A DNA stretch of 64,000 nt from a virus. Taxonomy: Duplodnaviria; Caudoviricetes. Made by a program: the position numbers and the translations under genes. Position 1 is the stretch's first letter. The number at the start of each line of letters is the position of its first letter. Below are positions 20,201-28,836 of this stretch, one piece after another. The notes under the pieces were generated by a model. The model searched no databases, was not told the DNA's origin, and was given only the letters and a program-made list of their open reading frames with translations. The DNA lies in IMG/VR virus record IMGVR_UViG_3300031801_001562; one strand, given 5' to 3'.

Positions 20201-20408
20201 TAACATCCCCACCAAAAACTTTACTACCTTCTTTGAAGATATTATCACCAAACCTAGTTACCTGTTCTTGTAAGATTGTTTGTAATTGAGTTAACTCTCT
20301 TGCTTGAACTGCAAAACCAGGTCTGAATAAAATTCTATGAAAGTTTTTATTTTTATCATAGTCATCATAGTATGGTGCAATGTTAAAATTTGTTTTTACT
20401 CCAGACAC
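14277..20408 (-). CDS. Large virion structural protein, VrlC/DUF4815 family
   Basis: TNFNIAPYYDDYD, ILFRPGFAVQARELTQLQTILQ, ARRTFDESGSY, RYTMRDIGKLEKRIENLEYYT, RFKNGILVDGF; 2043 aa. Confidence 0.9.
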   Translation of the reverse strand: MSGVKTNFNIAPYYDDYDKNKNFHRILFRPGFAVQARELTQLQTILQEQVTRFGDNIFKEGSKVFGGDVTLNNQVNSLKLESAFDNADIAVTNFAGKTVTGGTSGAKGLVIKAEAGTVSDQPTLLFSKLGGGDFVDGETIATLEGVPWQANTVSLSGVAGIAESQNTASIASISEGAFYISGFFVVVQDQTISLDKYSNSPTKRIGLLATEEIVQTDDDPSILDNAQGTANYAAPGADRFAINLTLAALDIVTETVGADGTTTVTSDTISEFAGEKFIELTRVELGVKTTETRYPLYAEIEKTMARRTFDESGSYTVRPFGIQLKDHITGNNSLISAGLEAGKAYVKGYEYESIATRYIDVEKGRDTANISDYIVAADYGNSLYLNKVLGTFDISKHELVDLHCCAAASVNSATSDSSALTKYNQTKMGTARIRSFDWEQADLSTANTTHYHSVYSSRIYDIRLNKTINTQVSGEGDDLITVGMPAAGTSFANGAYKGATLTVNTTFAGTSTSDVVTIAEYIAIGSQHKAICNTALSQKVQSNSTFSISFKFQDLGSLVVKHASVNQLNEANSSHVVKTTQADIDKLSRFNNDPEGTALLAGTSKNNLIFQLPFSPLATIPDGITYTYKTFQSVAVPIAGTTTVSTATGSFIGTGNLPSSTAKELYSVVIKTIDNPSNPPIDNVTGEELTAGQILEFSSATGRTATIDSASQTTLNLNSKNGAYQVEILSTIRTANATPRSKTLTIGNTTNLSSNSDISKGQVHFILPNKQAGKKDNLMISDVFNLVYVIDSGDKSEAVSAAHLAALRDLNSTTAVNITSNYELDNGQRDNFYDHASIILKPGAPAPKGQMLVIVDHFSNPALDPPIQDALAGYFSVQSYADVGANTGYHYGLNGVKRLGLNFEKIPSFTSPTTGEEIQLRDSIDFRPSRYSANNDKGSNTTNDLTTNNAAFPSSQLGAAGGTPDPEYALQFNTQYYLGRKDKLILSKDRVFRVIKGVPSREPITPPDDDDSITLYTLTIPPYTFNTGDIKTKYIDNRRYTMRDIGKLEKRIENLEYYTALSMLEKEAAATSISGGSTKDSLFNPAGDRFKNGILVDGFKGHSIGDVINTDYLCSIDIEKNELRPPFKSDAYGFQLSKGSSNNIQYHLPGPELATLPFTTANLVNQPLASSYKAINPYALAQFSGGIKTFPDSDVWYDTSIRPEVLVNLEGVNDNWQFGAVNGGHGSQWDDWTKIWTGEQINPEPEISIKDAGATSGGIRKATLISQGQTRRGITSKNIPDSIKRSLGNKVADISMTFWMKPHLLKSQFAPDDERIYFVAKGMKPSTNVAIFFDGTNVTANVYPMPFLVLNNVDTDKHLIQGEVLSEGANVCQVIMPEKTTSGGTATGYIKVIKAHDQNGDNADIDQSFSPSTTTILSSNSGISGVVSNRTVPTKGQAAYMATNLAGAFAGVLSLPSTAHKAGERLLRVTDEANDNVANSTMAAECTFYVRGLLDGREATSISTRPSISRREDVTNENVITSATSRVEGSQGWMDPLTQTFIVNKSNYVEGVFVKEVDLFFRQKATANSSTPQLPVTVQIRPLINGLPSCGTILPFAEASLKPESIQVTTAAPEAANTSHVTTFVFPAPVYLTGDEYALVIISNSSEYQLWTGIQGLNPLSTAAISPNFRIPKQPNVEDLYLPTNAGVVNKSPGEALMMRIKRCHFTTINQGNIILMSNSSSQSAATSNVFADVYKLNTSIMQFDSSTLSFSYKTSNTAGSYTSTDYVQGERDKNVYPTERMMMQANTANSFSCHVGIRSTSKYVSPIIDISRFSLIALENDIDNAAIADSQVYIINAGSNYTSSAVATVDGGNGTGATIDLTITSGEITAATVLAGGSNYTGSPTVTVADPGHTGDNLCNIVISSELDSQGGPINTKYITRKVNLEDGFEAEDLKVIVNAYKPESAKIHVYAKVLSPDDTESFDDRGYIQLEQETANSVNSLNEDDFKEFLYRSAGDSIDYTDDNGTNYKKFKTFAIKLCLLSTNTLDVPRVKDLRAIALDE

Positions 20409-20431
20409 TTATATCTCTTTATCTAAAAATT

Positions 20432-22159
20432 TTAGAAATTAATTATTAATTTCACATCTTCAATTTGGTCACTAGCTCTTGAGATAGGTGATCTATTTTC
20501 AACATACAGAATATCACCAGTATATTGTTTCAAATCAGGTCCTTCAATGACACTTGTGTTAGCCGTAGTTCCGGCACCAGTTATTGTTAGAGCTTCGTTA
20601 GTTTGAAAAGATCCAGGAGTTGTATCCCAACCAACGGTTGAATTGGCTCCTTTTGTAACTTGTGTTATTCTCAACTTACTTGTACCGGAAGCCCAGTCAA
20701 CAACCCTTCCTGTGGCTCCTGATTCTGCTCCTGTTACTACATCATCTGCTATATAAGCTGCTCCAGAAAATGATTGAAGTACACATCTAAGAGCTTGATC
20801 TCCTAAAGAAATTACCGCCGGAGTTCCAAGATCTGTTCCATCTGTAGTATTAGCAGCATTTGGATGAGAAATTAATCCAATCTTTCTGAAATCATTTGCA
20901 ACTGTAAATTCGCCAGATTCATCATTTTCAAGCCTAACATTAACCATTATATTAAATCCACCTAATTCTTCAACAGAATCAAATCCATGACCACCTTTAG
21001 GTTCAATTGCGGCTACTACAGTGGCATCATCTAGATTCCAAGAAGTATTAGCTAAAACATTAACTACTGCATTTGTATATCCGGAACCAGCTGCGATAGT
21101 TATAATATCGGTTAAGCCAGAAGCATTAGTTCCATTAGATCTACAATTTGCTCCCGAACCATCACCTAAAATTTGTAATCTAGGGGCAATTTGGAAATTA
21201 TCTCCTTGAGTGGGAGCGGTTGCAAGAGCCGGATCAAAAGTTACAACTTTAGTGGTTGAATCATAATCTGTAATAGTTCCACCTGAACCCTCAGCATCTC
21301 CCGAGGTAAAGAAAATATCTGAACCAACATAAACGTCATCCGTAGCAGCAGCTGTGCTGTGAATTCTAACAGAAGTCGTAGTAGTACTATATCCTCCACC
21401 AAAACCATTATCTAATGTGTTGGTTTCAAAAATTAAATATTCTAATCCTCCAACGGTGCCATTAGCTGTTTTTCTGTAGATATTAATAGCTCCATCAACA
21501 GCCCCGTTCTCAACATCTCTTTGCAAAGTATTTTCTTGAGTGGCAGAAGCCATAACAACGTTTGAAAATCTAACTTGTTGTACTGGAATATAATTTGTTG
21601 TTACAAACTTTAAGGCTGATGCTGCGGAAATCGTATACATATATTTCCACTTATAACCATCAGATCCAGGTGTAACAAGCGCTGTTGTCTGTCCAGTAGG
21701 TTTGGCTAAACTATTACCAGATGTATTATTGTTTGCTAAGCACTTATAAATGTTAAATTCATCTGTCATAACATAAAATGATTGTGCTAGCATTCCTGGT
21801 TCTGTATTATCATAAGCATAATAAGGCGTATTATTAGCCCAATTATACCTAGGAATACAATGTGTCACGTCGGTAGATACAACCTTTTTGGCTGCAATCA
21901 TATCCTTCCAGTGACTATAATAAGTGTTTGATACATCATCGGTAGGTGAAGGAGGTGTTGTGTCTGAATCTGCTGCCGCGGCTCCTGCTACATTAGCCCA
22001 GTTCTGGACACCACCGATGAAAAGATACATATTAGATTCTAAGTATGTATCGCCCGCGACTGTATTCGCGAATGTCGTCATTCCGTAATCTTCGTCAAAA
22101 GACTCCCGAAATTGTCTTGCATTGAACATTCTAAATTTATTTGTTACTAAGGCCGGCAT
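20432..22159 (-). CDS. gp8: Baseplate wedge subunit (gp8-like)
   Basis: MPALVTNKFRMFNARQF, YVMTDEFNIYKCL, DGYKWKYMYTI, YTGDILYVENRSPISRASDQIEDVKLIINF. Confidence 0.9.
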   Translation of the reverse strand: MPALVTNKFRMFNARQFRESFDEDYGMTTFANTVAGDTYLESNMYLFIGGVQNWANVAGAAAADSDTTPPSPTDDVSNTYYSHWKDMIAAKKVVSTDVTHCIPRYNWANNTPYYAYDNTEPGMLAQSFYVMTDEFNIYKCLANNNTSGNSLAKPTGQTTALVTPGSDGYKWKYMYTISAASALKFVTTNYIPVQQVRFSNVVMASATQENTLQRDVENGAVDGAINIYRKTANGTVGGLEYLIFETNTLDNGFGGGYSTTTTSVRIHSTAAATDDVYVGSDIFFTSGDAEGSGGTITDYDSTTKVVTFDPALATAPTQGDNFQIAPRLQILGDGSGANCRSNGTNASGLTDIITIAAGSGYTNAVVNVLANTSWNLDDATVVAAIEPKGGHGFDSVEELGGFNIMVNVRLENDESGEFTVANDFRKIGLISHPNAANTTDGTDLGTPAVISLGDQALRCVLQSFSGAAYIADDVVTGAESGATGRVVDWASGTSKLRITQVTKGANSTVGWDTTPGSFQTNEALTITGAGTTANTSVIEGPDLKQYTGDILYVENRSPISRASDQIEDVKLIINF

Positions 22160-22191
22160 TTCGATTACTCCAATCTTTTATTTTTAATTAA

Positions 22192-25100
22192 TTACTCTAA
22201 AACTGTATGTTGAGCAACGGCATCTAATACTCCTTCTGGAAAATATTTATTACCGCGATTATGAATGTTAAAAGTCGTTGTGGTCAAATCGCCCACGATA
22301 TATTTAGCGTCATGACGACTATAAATATTCATTTTTCTATTCGGTTCTTGACCTATTCCTATATTTATGAGATCTTCATATAGTAAAAATTCAGATTCAA
22401 ATATTAGCTTACCAATCGAAGAAGTAGCAGCATTTGTGCCATCTTCTGCTAATAAGTCACTTACTCCATCTTCTAATAAGAAGCCATCGGATTCTTCTAA
22501 TATTATATTTATATCATCAAAGTAAACAGTTGTACCCTGTTCCAAATTTCTAACTGGTGTCACATTTGTGTGGACTAAACTGTTAATTATTTGACCATCA
22601 TATTGTTCAGCAGCATCTATAGAGTCATGCGCTAGAAAATATTCATCAGGATTAGGGGAAGTCCTAACCGGACAATATGTTGGATATGGATATTCTATAG
22701 TTGTCAAATCCCATTGTGGTGAATATGTTTGATGTATTGGTAACTTAGCAGTTATTTTAATTATATCGTTTTGTAAAGCGACACCGATAATATTATCGGG
22801 ATGATTACTATAAGTTCCAAATTCTTTTATTGTTGCATCTCTATAGTCAACATAATAATTTGTACCTTTTGTTAATCCTGTTCCTGGGAGTGGATTATAA
22901 GTACCAGTTGGAAAAGCAGCCATTTGTAGAGATTTATCTATTGTAACAACTTCGCCCCAATCTCCCTCTGCTATATCTGTTTTTGCTAATCCTAATAATG
23001 AATGTACACCATCTAATTGAGGTTTAGCATCACCATTTGCTTCGCAAAATACTCGTTGTATTTTTCCATTAGACATTAAACCAACTACTTTCCCTTTACT
23101 AATATCTTCATGAGCCTGATATTCATACATTTTCCATTGAGGAAAAGATAAATCTAATTGATCTTTAGTTACTGCTTTTCCTAATTTAATTCTATCTAAA
23201 CTATCAGCAGAAGTTATTGTAGGCGGTACGGTAGTGAGCCAACATTCGTGGTCACTACCTTTTTCCCAAACTATTTGACTATAATTAGGATAATATTCTG
23301 CTCCCGGTATTAAATCCCAAACACGTTCTTCTATAGAATCTGTATCTCTTATTGTTACAACTTCTCCTACTTCGGCATCTTCATTAACTATTCCTAATAA
23401 TGAATGAACATAATTAATACGTGGAAACAATACGTTTCCTACTTCATATACTCTTTCTACTTTTCCATCAGGTCTTAATCCCACTGCCATTCCACCATAT
23501 ACTTTTGCTCCCGCAACTATAAATGTATCTCGATTTTTTAATCTTTTATCTTTTGGTCTTGCGTACGATTGACCAGATAAGGTTGCTTGAGTTCCTGTAT
23601 TAATAGCAGTTAATTGTGGTTCAGCGACCGCTGCAACTGGAGTGTGTGGAGTCACTTCTATAGTTGAAGAAAGAACTGATTTATTTTCAGTCATTATTGG
23701 GCCACCAAAGTCAGAATGATTATGACAAAATGCAAATAATGCGCGATAAAAATCAGGTTGCCAATCAACTAGTTCATCCGGAGGTAACCAAGTTTTATAA
23801 GTATGATCTGGGATTTTAAAGTCGACATAAGCACCGCCATTGCCAGCAGTACCCACAACAGTGGAAGGAAATTCCATACTTGATACATAACTTCCATTAT
23901 GATGACCATCGAGTATACTAGCAAATTTTAATGGATGGGTTGCATTAGAACTATCTTCTTGATTGAAACGATATGTAACCCCTTTAATAAGTTTTCTTGA
24001 CCAAGCACTATCATTAATGTTTACACCATCAAAATGAAAATCAGTACTTGCAACTGTTACCATTATTTCTTGTGATGCAGGATTTGGATATTCTGTTATG
24101 GGCCAGCCAAACGCAGCTTCTGGAAAAGTAGGTTCTATAACAGAGTCTGCCATGCTAACATAAGTAGACACGCCTGATAAAGTTGGAAGATCAAGTTGTA
24201 TCCGTTGTAAGCCCCAACGATCAAAAATTTCGAGGTGAGATTTAACTTCGAGATAATGATTAGCTTTCCACAAGTTCGCAAGTAATTCAATTTCTTCTTG
24301 TCCGTAAGTCCAATAAGTAGTAATTGTTGGCATTACATGTGTGCCGTCCGGGGAACGATACTTACCTAATATACCTATCTCTGGCCAATATTCAATTCCA
24401 CCTTTACGTACTGTATCCGGATCTCCATCTCCGCCTAGGCCCCAAAAGGTATCAGCAGGTCTTTGTGCTCCTGCGTATGCACCCCATGCATTTATTGTAT
24501 GTATTGGACCCCATCTATTTTCTGTATTATAGTGAGTTGACTTGCCCCATAATGAAACTCCGCCAAAGGCACTGTGGCCCGTACATTCATTTCCTTCGAA
24601 GTGGCCTGGAATGACTAATTCTGGAAATACATTTGGATACCAAGGAGCAATTTTTTCAGTAGAATTAAGACGCGCTTTATCATGCTGCGAAAAATGATGA
24701 GGTATTTCTACTCTCCCTGTGCGATTTGAATCATATCCATCGTTCCACGGATCAAATTGTCCAGCCAAACCTCGGCTGTATGGTTCATAATCCCATCCGC
24801 GTCCAACTAACCAATCTACTCGTCCGGCATGAAATGCAAAATGTTTATCATCTGTTGTAATTCCAAATCCTATTGTTCGCGGATCCAAAAATTCAATATG
24901 CATTTTATGAACTTCTCCAGTCCACATATCAATTTGCCCGAAAATACTAGTATAAGGGCCCATGGTAGTACTATTATAAATTGTATCACTACCTCTCATA
25001 CTAGCCGTGAGTGGACCATATGTAGGAATAAATGCTGGTGTTCTATCAACAAATAATTCAAGCTTTTTAATAGTATCTGATTCAGCATTTACGTCTACAT

Positions 25101-28100
25101 TTAACAAAAGTAATATTCCAATCTCTCCAAAAACATTCCAACCTGCAGGATGAACAAAAGATCTAACTAAATCTCTAAATTCATTAATTTGAATGTCCGA
25201 TCTTAAAACGTACGAAAAATCTTGATAATAGTAAGAATCTTGAATCCTGATAATATCACTAATGAATCCCATTTGATCTTGAAACTTACCGGGATAATTT
25301 GTTATAGCTGTTCGTATAGCTAAAAATGTTGCATTATTATCTCCATCAGGAGCAGTTACACTAGGCAATATATTATAATTAATACCTGCTGTAGTAATTG
25401 AAAGGGATTTGATAGCTCCTGTTTTTAAAGCTCCAGCTTTTAAAATAGCATTGTTACCATAACCAGAATTTATTTCCAGATAAGAAGAATTTGAAGATGC
25501 TAAAGTTGCTGTTCTAGCACCTTGGGAAGAAATAATTATTTCGCCAGGAATAAAATCTGCGGGTTCTAACATCATAAATGATTCTATATCATCAGCAGTA
25601 TTAAATCCTTCATATTGAATTTTTCCGCGAGATGATATATCAGCGATTGATATATTATCTATATGTAAATCATATGATGTAGAAGTTTGAGTATTTGCAA
25701 ATAAATAAACAGCGTGATAACGATCTGAACTTGCTACAAATTTTCCTTCGAAAGTATAAACTTGATCCACATTAGTTGTTTCTGGAAGCGTATAAACAAC
25801 TGTTTGAGTTAATCCTATTTCGGAACCTACCGGTTCATAATCTACATCAGTATCTGAATGACCATATCTTAATTCAGTATATCTGAGACTTTTGCTGGCT
25901 CTAAAAGAAATTTTAGCATTATATTGATTTCCGGGAATAATAGTATTCGCATATGCTTCACCTTCTTCACTATCTATTGAACGTAAACCAATATAAGTAT
26001 CTAACTGATCATTAACCGCTATCTTACCACTATATGAACCGGAAATAGTATTAGATGTTTCTAATGAAAGTGTGTGGCTGCCGGTATCTACGGCTGTTCT
26101 TTTTGAAGAAAAAGCCGAAAGTCCTGAAATACTTCCATCCTCAAAGTCCCCAACATTATTTTGAAGAACATTTTCATCTTCAAGAGAAAAAGTTGTTTCT
26201 TCATCTTGAACCTTCATGGTACTAAAAGTAGAATTTGATGTAGAATTAACAGAAGGTAATATTACTTTTGCTTTCTTACCAGATGTTACCCCTATAACAG
26301 ATTCACCAAATCTATATTTTCCATAAACATTTTCAGCTAAATTTATATATGTTAATCGACCAGTATTTTTTCCTGTTATAGGATCTTCAAATCTCCATTG
26401 TTCTAGACCTAAAGTAGATTCATTTTTTGCTGCATATCTAGGAGCTCTTATATAATCAAGTCCTGTAGTTATTACTCGAGTTTCAGAAATGGACCCGAAA
26501 CCGGTATAGGTATAAGCAGTTCCTCCATAATAATCTGAAACTGATTTTGAACCATCTCCGAATTGATTTTCATATTCTCCTTCTTCATTTGTAATTTCAT
26601 AATAACCGGTGGGTTGAATCGTGCTAATGGTAAACATATTAGATTTACCAGGAACTGCAGTTCCATTTGCACTGTAATAAAGAGAACCGTATGAACCTTC
26701 AACAAAATTAGGAGCTGATGGGCTTTCTAATGCATATACAAAAGCTGAATTATTTACTGAAGGGCCTGCAACTGTTCCCTTGGCCCCTGTTTTAGAATCA
26801 TAAACATAATAACCTGGTTGTATATCATCTTCAAAAGCTTCAGTGTGGAAAAGAATATTATCTCCAGCATCAGCGGTTCCATCTGTACTATTAATAAGAA
26901 TTAAACCATCTCCTTCTTCTAATAATATATTTGCTCCGCCATCTGTGGTATCTTGATTTGCTACTTCCGCAACAAACGTAATTGTATTACTTGAGCTAAA
27001 GTGTGTATTAATATTTTCTGGATATTTAACATCTTCTTCTTCAATTGAAAAAGAAGCCGAATTTAATAATATAGCTGATGGAGAGGTTCCACCTTCAGCA
27101 ACTGATATAGCTGCGCTAACCTTTGTATTAGAACTTCTAAACACTCCTGTGGGAAGCACTTTGGAAATTACACCAGTGTGGCCTCTTCCTCCGGTTCCGG
27201 AATTATTAATTTCTAAACGTTCACCTCCATAATAACCATTACCTCCATCATCAATGATAATTTCATCAATAGCACCATTAGCAGTGGTAGCCACGCGAGC
27301 TACAGCCCCTTTTCCGGCACCACCTGTAATTATAAGTTCATCGTTAATGGCATATCCTGTTCCATTACTTATAATATCAATTTCACCAATAACCGCAATA
27401 CATGTTCCTCTAGAAGAACCTGTGGGGAAATTCATTGCTTTAACCACGTCTTCCGAATTATCACTTCCCATTAATTCTGCGTCAACATATGTTTCAATTG
27501 TTGCTATTGTTTCGTCTGCTTGAAAATCAGAATAAGCATCAAAACGAACATCATATCCTTTAGTATAATCGGTTAAAAATAATTCTGTGACACCAGTTGT
27601 TCCTTCAAAATATGAAATTGAATTATCAACAGTAGCTGTTGCTTGAGATTGTTCACCTTTAATAATTTTACTATTAAAATCATCTGGATATAAAGCTGTT
27701 CCAGTAAAAATTTTAATAGATTTTAGTGATTTCCAAGTTCCATCAGATGGTCTTAACAATCTTTCTTTTGGATATATAAAGGAAAGTTGTTCCGATCCAT
27801 AAACAGTTCTCCATAACCATAAAAATGAATCCTCTGTTCCTCTTGACCTATAAATTTCTTTGGCGGTTTTTATTGCTTGTCTTAAATCTCCAACGGAACC
27901 GATAGGAATATTTGTTAGAAAATCATCCCGAAACCGTGCCAGGTACATATTATCGGTTTCATCTATATCATTAACCAAATCTAAATCAGTTGCCCCCCGA
28001 AGAGGATTTCTTTTAATATCTTTATCGGTTTGACCAACTACTGCTTTTGCTCTGGATCTTTTTCCAATTATTGTTTCTCCATGAAGAAATGCTTTAGAAT

Positions 28101-28836
28101 TTATAGGTCGCGCAAATAATACATGAGGCTCGGTTTTATATTTTTCACTGGTAGTATCTGTAGATTGATATTTGCCCGCCGGAAAAACACCGTGATTTTG
28201 AACACCTGTAATTATTGCTTCAATTCCAGAAACAGAACCAACAATTAATTCACCTAATGAAAATGTTGCAGTAGTTGGATCTCTATCTGATTCTACCAAT
28301 AATTCATCAATTTCACTAACACTCGGATTATCGTCTGGAGTGCTTTCTAATAGAAATTTTGTCCCAGAAGTTGAATATTGAATTAATGTTGTTGTGGGCG
28401 GATCATCTTCAAATAATCCAAAGTTGATTCCATTTTCTCCACCTTTTTGAGGCATATAAAATGTGCGGCCGGCGAATTCTTCTAAATGTAATTCATAAAC
28501 TATTCCTGGATCATTAGAAGCTGCTATGGCGGCTGGTTTATTACCATATATTGGAAAATAATGTCCTGTTTGTAATCCAGGATCATATTCAATACCTTCA
28601 TCAGATTCAGTATATATTAATCCTTCATCTAGAGCTGTACCGTAAATATAATAAGCTTCATTATCATCTTCGAGAACCATATTATATTCGTCTAAAATTA
28701 AATCAGTATATTCTACTTGATAAGATTCTAGGAATTCAAAATACTTAGTAAGAAAAAGAGGGAGATTGGAACCCTCCTCCATAAAAAAGGAAGGTAATTG
28801 ATTTTGAATAATTTCAGAAATTCTATTATCAGCCAT
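22192..28836 (-). CDS. gp7: Baseplate wedge initiator (gp7-like) with accessory domains
   Basis: QNQLPSFF..FLTKYFEFLES, IYRSRGTEDSF, YPKERLLRPSDGTW, IQDSYYYQDFSYVLRS..VHPAGWNVFGE; 2214 aa. Confidence 0.85.
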   Translation of the reverse strand: MADNRISEIIQNQLPSFFMEEGSNLPLFLTKYFEFLESYQVEYTDLILDEYNMVLEDDNEAYYIYGTALDEGLIYTESDEGIEYDPGLQTGHYFPIYGNKPAAIAASNDPGIVYELHLEEFAGRTFYMPQKGGENGINFGLFEDDPPTTTLIQYSTSGTKFLLESTPDDNPSVSEIDELLVESDRDPTTATFSLGELIVGSVSGIEAIITGVQNHGVFPAGKYQSTDTTSEKYKTEPHVLFARPINSKAFLHGETIIGKRSRAKAVVGQTDKDIKRNPLRGATDLDLVNDIDETDNMYLARFRDDFLTNIPIGSVGDLRQAIKTAKEIYRSRGTEDSFLWLWRTVYGSEQLSFIYPKERLLRPSDGTWKSLKSIKIFTGTALYPDDFNSKIIKGEQSQATATVDNSISYFEGTTGVTELFLTDYTKGYDVRFDAYSDFQADETIATIETYVDAELMGSDNSEDVVKAMNFPTGSSRGTCIAVIGEIDIISNGTGYAINDELIITGGAGKGAVARVATTANGAIDEIIIDDGGNGYYGGERLEINNSGTGGRGHTGVISKVLPTGVFRSSNTKVSAAISVAEGGTSPSAILLNSASFSIEEEDVKYPENINTHFSSSNTITFVAEVANQDTTDGGANILLEEGDGLILINSTDGTADAGDNILFHTEAFEDDIQPGYYVYDSKTGAKGTVAGPSVNNSAFVYALESPSAPNFVEGSYGSLYYSANGTAVPGKSNMFTISTIQPTGYYEITNEEGEYENQFGDGSKSVSDYYGGTAYTYTGFGSISETRVITTGLDYIRAPRYAAKNESTLGLEQWRFEDPITGKNTGRLTYINLAENVYGKYRFGESVIGVTSGKKAKVILPSVNSTSNSTFSTMKVQDEETTFSLEDENVLQNNVGDFEDGSISGLSAFSSKRTAVDTGSHTLSLETSNTISGSYSGKIAVNDQLDTYIGLRSIDSEEGEAYANTIIPGNQYNAKISFRASKSLRYTELRYGHSDTDVDYEPVGSEIGLTQTVVYTLPETTNVDQVYTFEGKFVASSDRYHAVYLFANTQTSTSYDLHIDNISIADISSRGKIQYEGFNTADDIESFMMLEPADFIPGEIIISSQGARTATLASSNSSYLEINSGYGNNAILKAGALKTGAIKSLSITTAGINYNILPSVTAPDGDNNATFLAIRTAITNYPGKFQDQMGFISDIIRIQDSYYYQDFSYVLRSDIQINEFRDLVRSFVHPAGWNVFGEIGILLLLNVDVNAESDTIKKLELFVDRTPAFIPTYGPLTASMRGSDTIYNSTTMGPYTSIFGQIDMWTGEVHKMHIEFLDPRTIGFGITTDDKHFAFHAGRVDWLVGRGWDYEPYSRGLAGQFDPWNDGYDSNRTGRVEIPHHFSQHDKARLNSTEKIAPWYPNVFPELVIPGHFEGNECTGHSAFGGVSLWGKSTHYNTENRWGPIHTINAWGAYAGAQRPADTFWGLGGDGDPDTVRKGGIEYWPEIGILGKYRSPDGTHVMPTITTYWTYGQEEIELLANLWKANHYLEVKSHLEIFDRWGLQRIQLDLPTLSGVSTYVSMADSVIEPTFPEAAFGWPITEYPNPASQEIMVTVASTDFHFDGVNINDSAWSRKLIKGVTYRFNQEDSSNATHPLKFASILDGHHNGSYVSSMEFPSTVVGTAGNGGAYVDFKIPDHTYKTWLPPDELVDWQPDFYRALFAFCHNHSDFGGPIMTENKSVLSSTIEVTPHTPVAAVAEPQLTAINTGTQATLSGQSYARPKDKRLKNRDTFIVAGAKVYGGMAVGLRPDGKVERVYEVGNVLFPRINYVHSLLGIVNEDAEVGEVVTIRDTDSIEERVWDLIPGAEYYPNYSQIVWEKGSDHECWLTTVPPTITSADSLDRIKLGKAVTKDQLDLSFPQWKMYEYQAHEDISKGKVVGLMSNGKIQRVFCEANGDAKPQLDGVHSLLGLAKTDIAEGDWGEVVTIDKSLQMAAFPTGTYNPLPGTGLTKGTNYYVDYRDATIKEFGTYSNHPDNIIGVALQNDIIKITAKLPIHQTYSPQWDLTTIEYPYPTYCPVRTSPNPDEYFLAHDSIDAAEQYDGQIINSLVHTNVTPVRNLEQGTTVYFDDINIILEESDGFLLEDGVSDLLAEDGTNAATSSIGKLIFESEFLLYEDLINIGIGQEPNRKMNIYSRHDAKYIVGDLTTTTFNIHNRGNKYFPEGVLDAVAQHTVLE

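Noticed and set aside
22192-28836. Inteins or introns explaining the very long gp7 and VrlC
   Set aside because: No intein N-terminal Cys/C-terminal His-Asn blocks or LAGLIDADG motifs were noticed, and the frames are uninterrupted; inserts look like accessory domains
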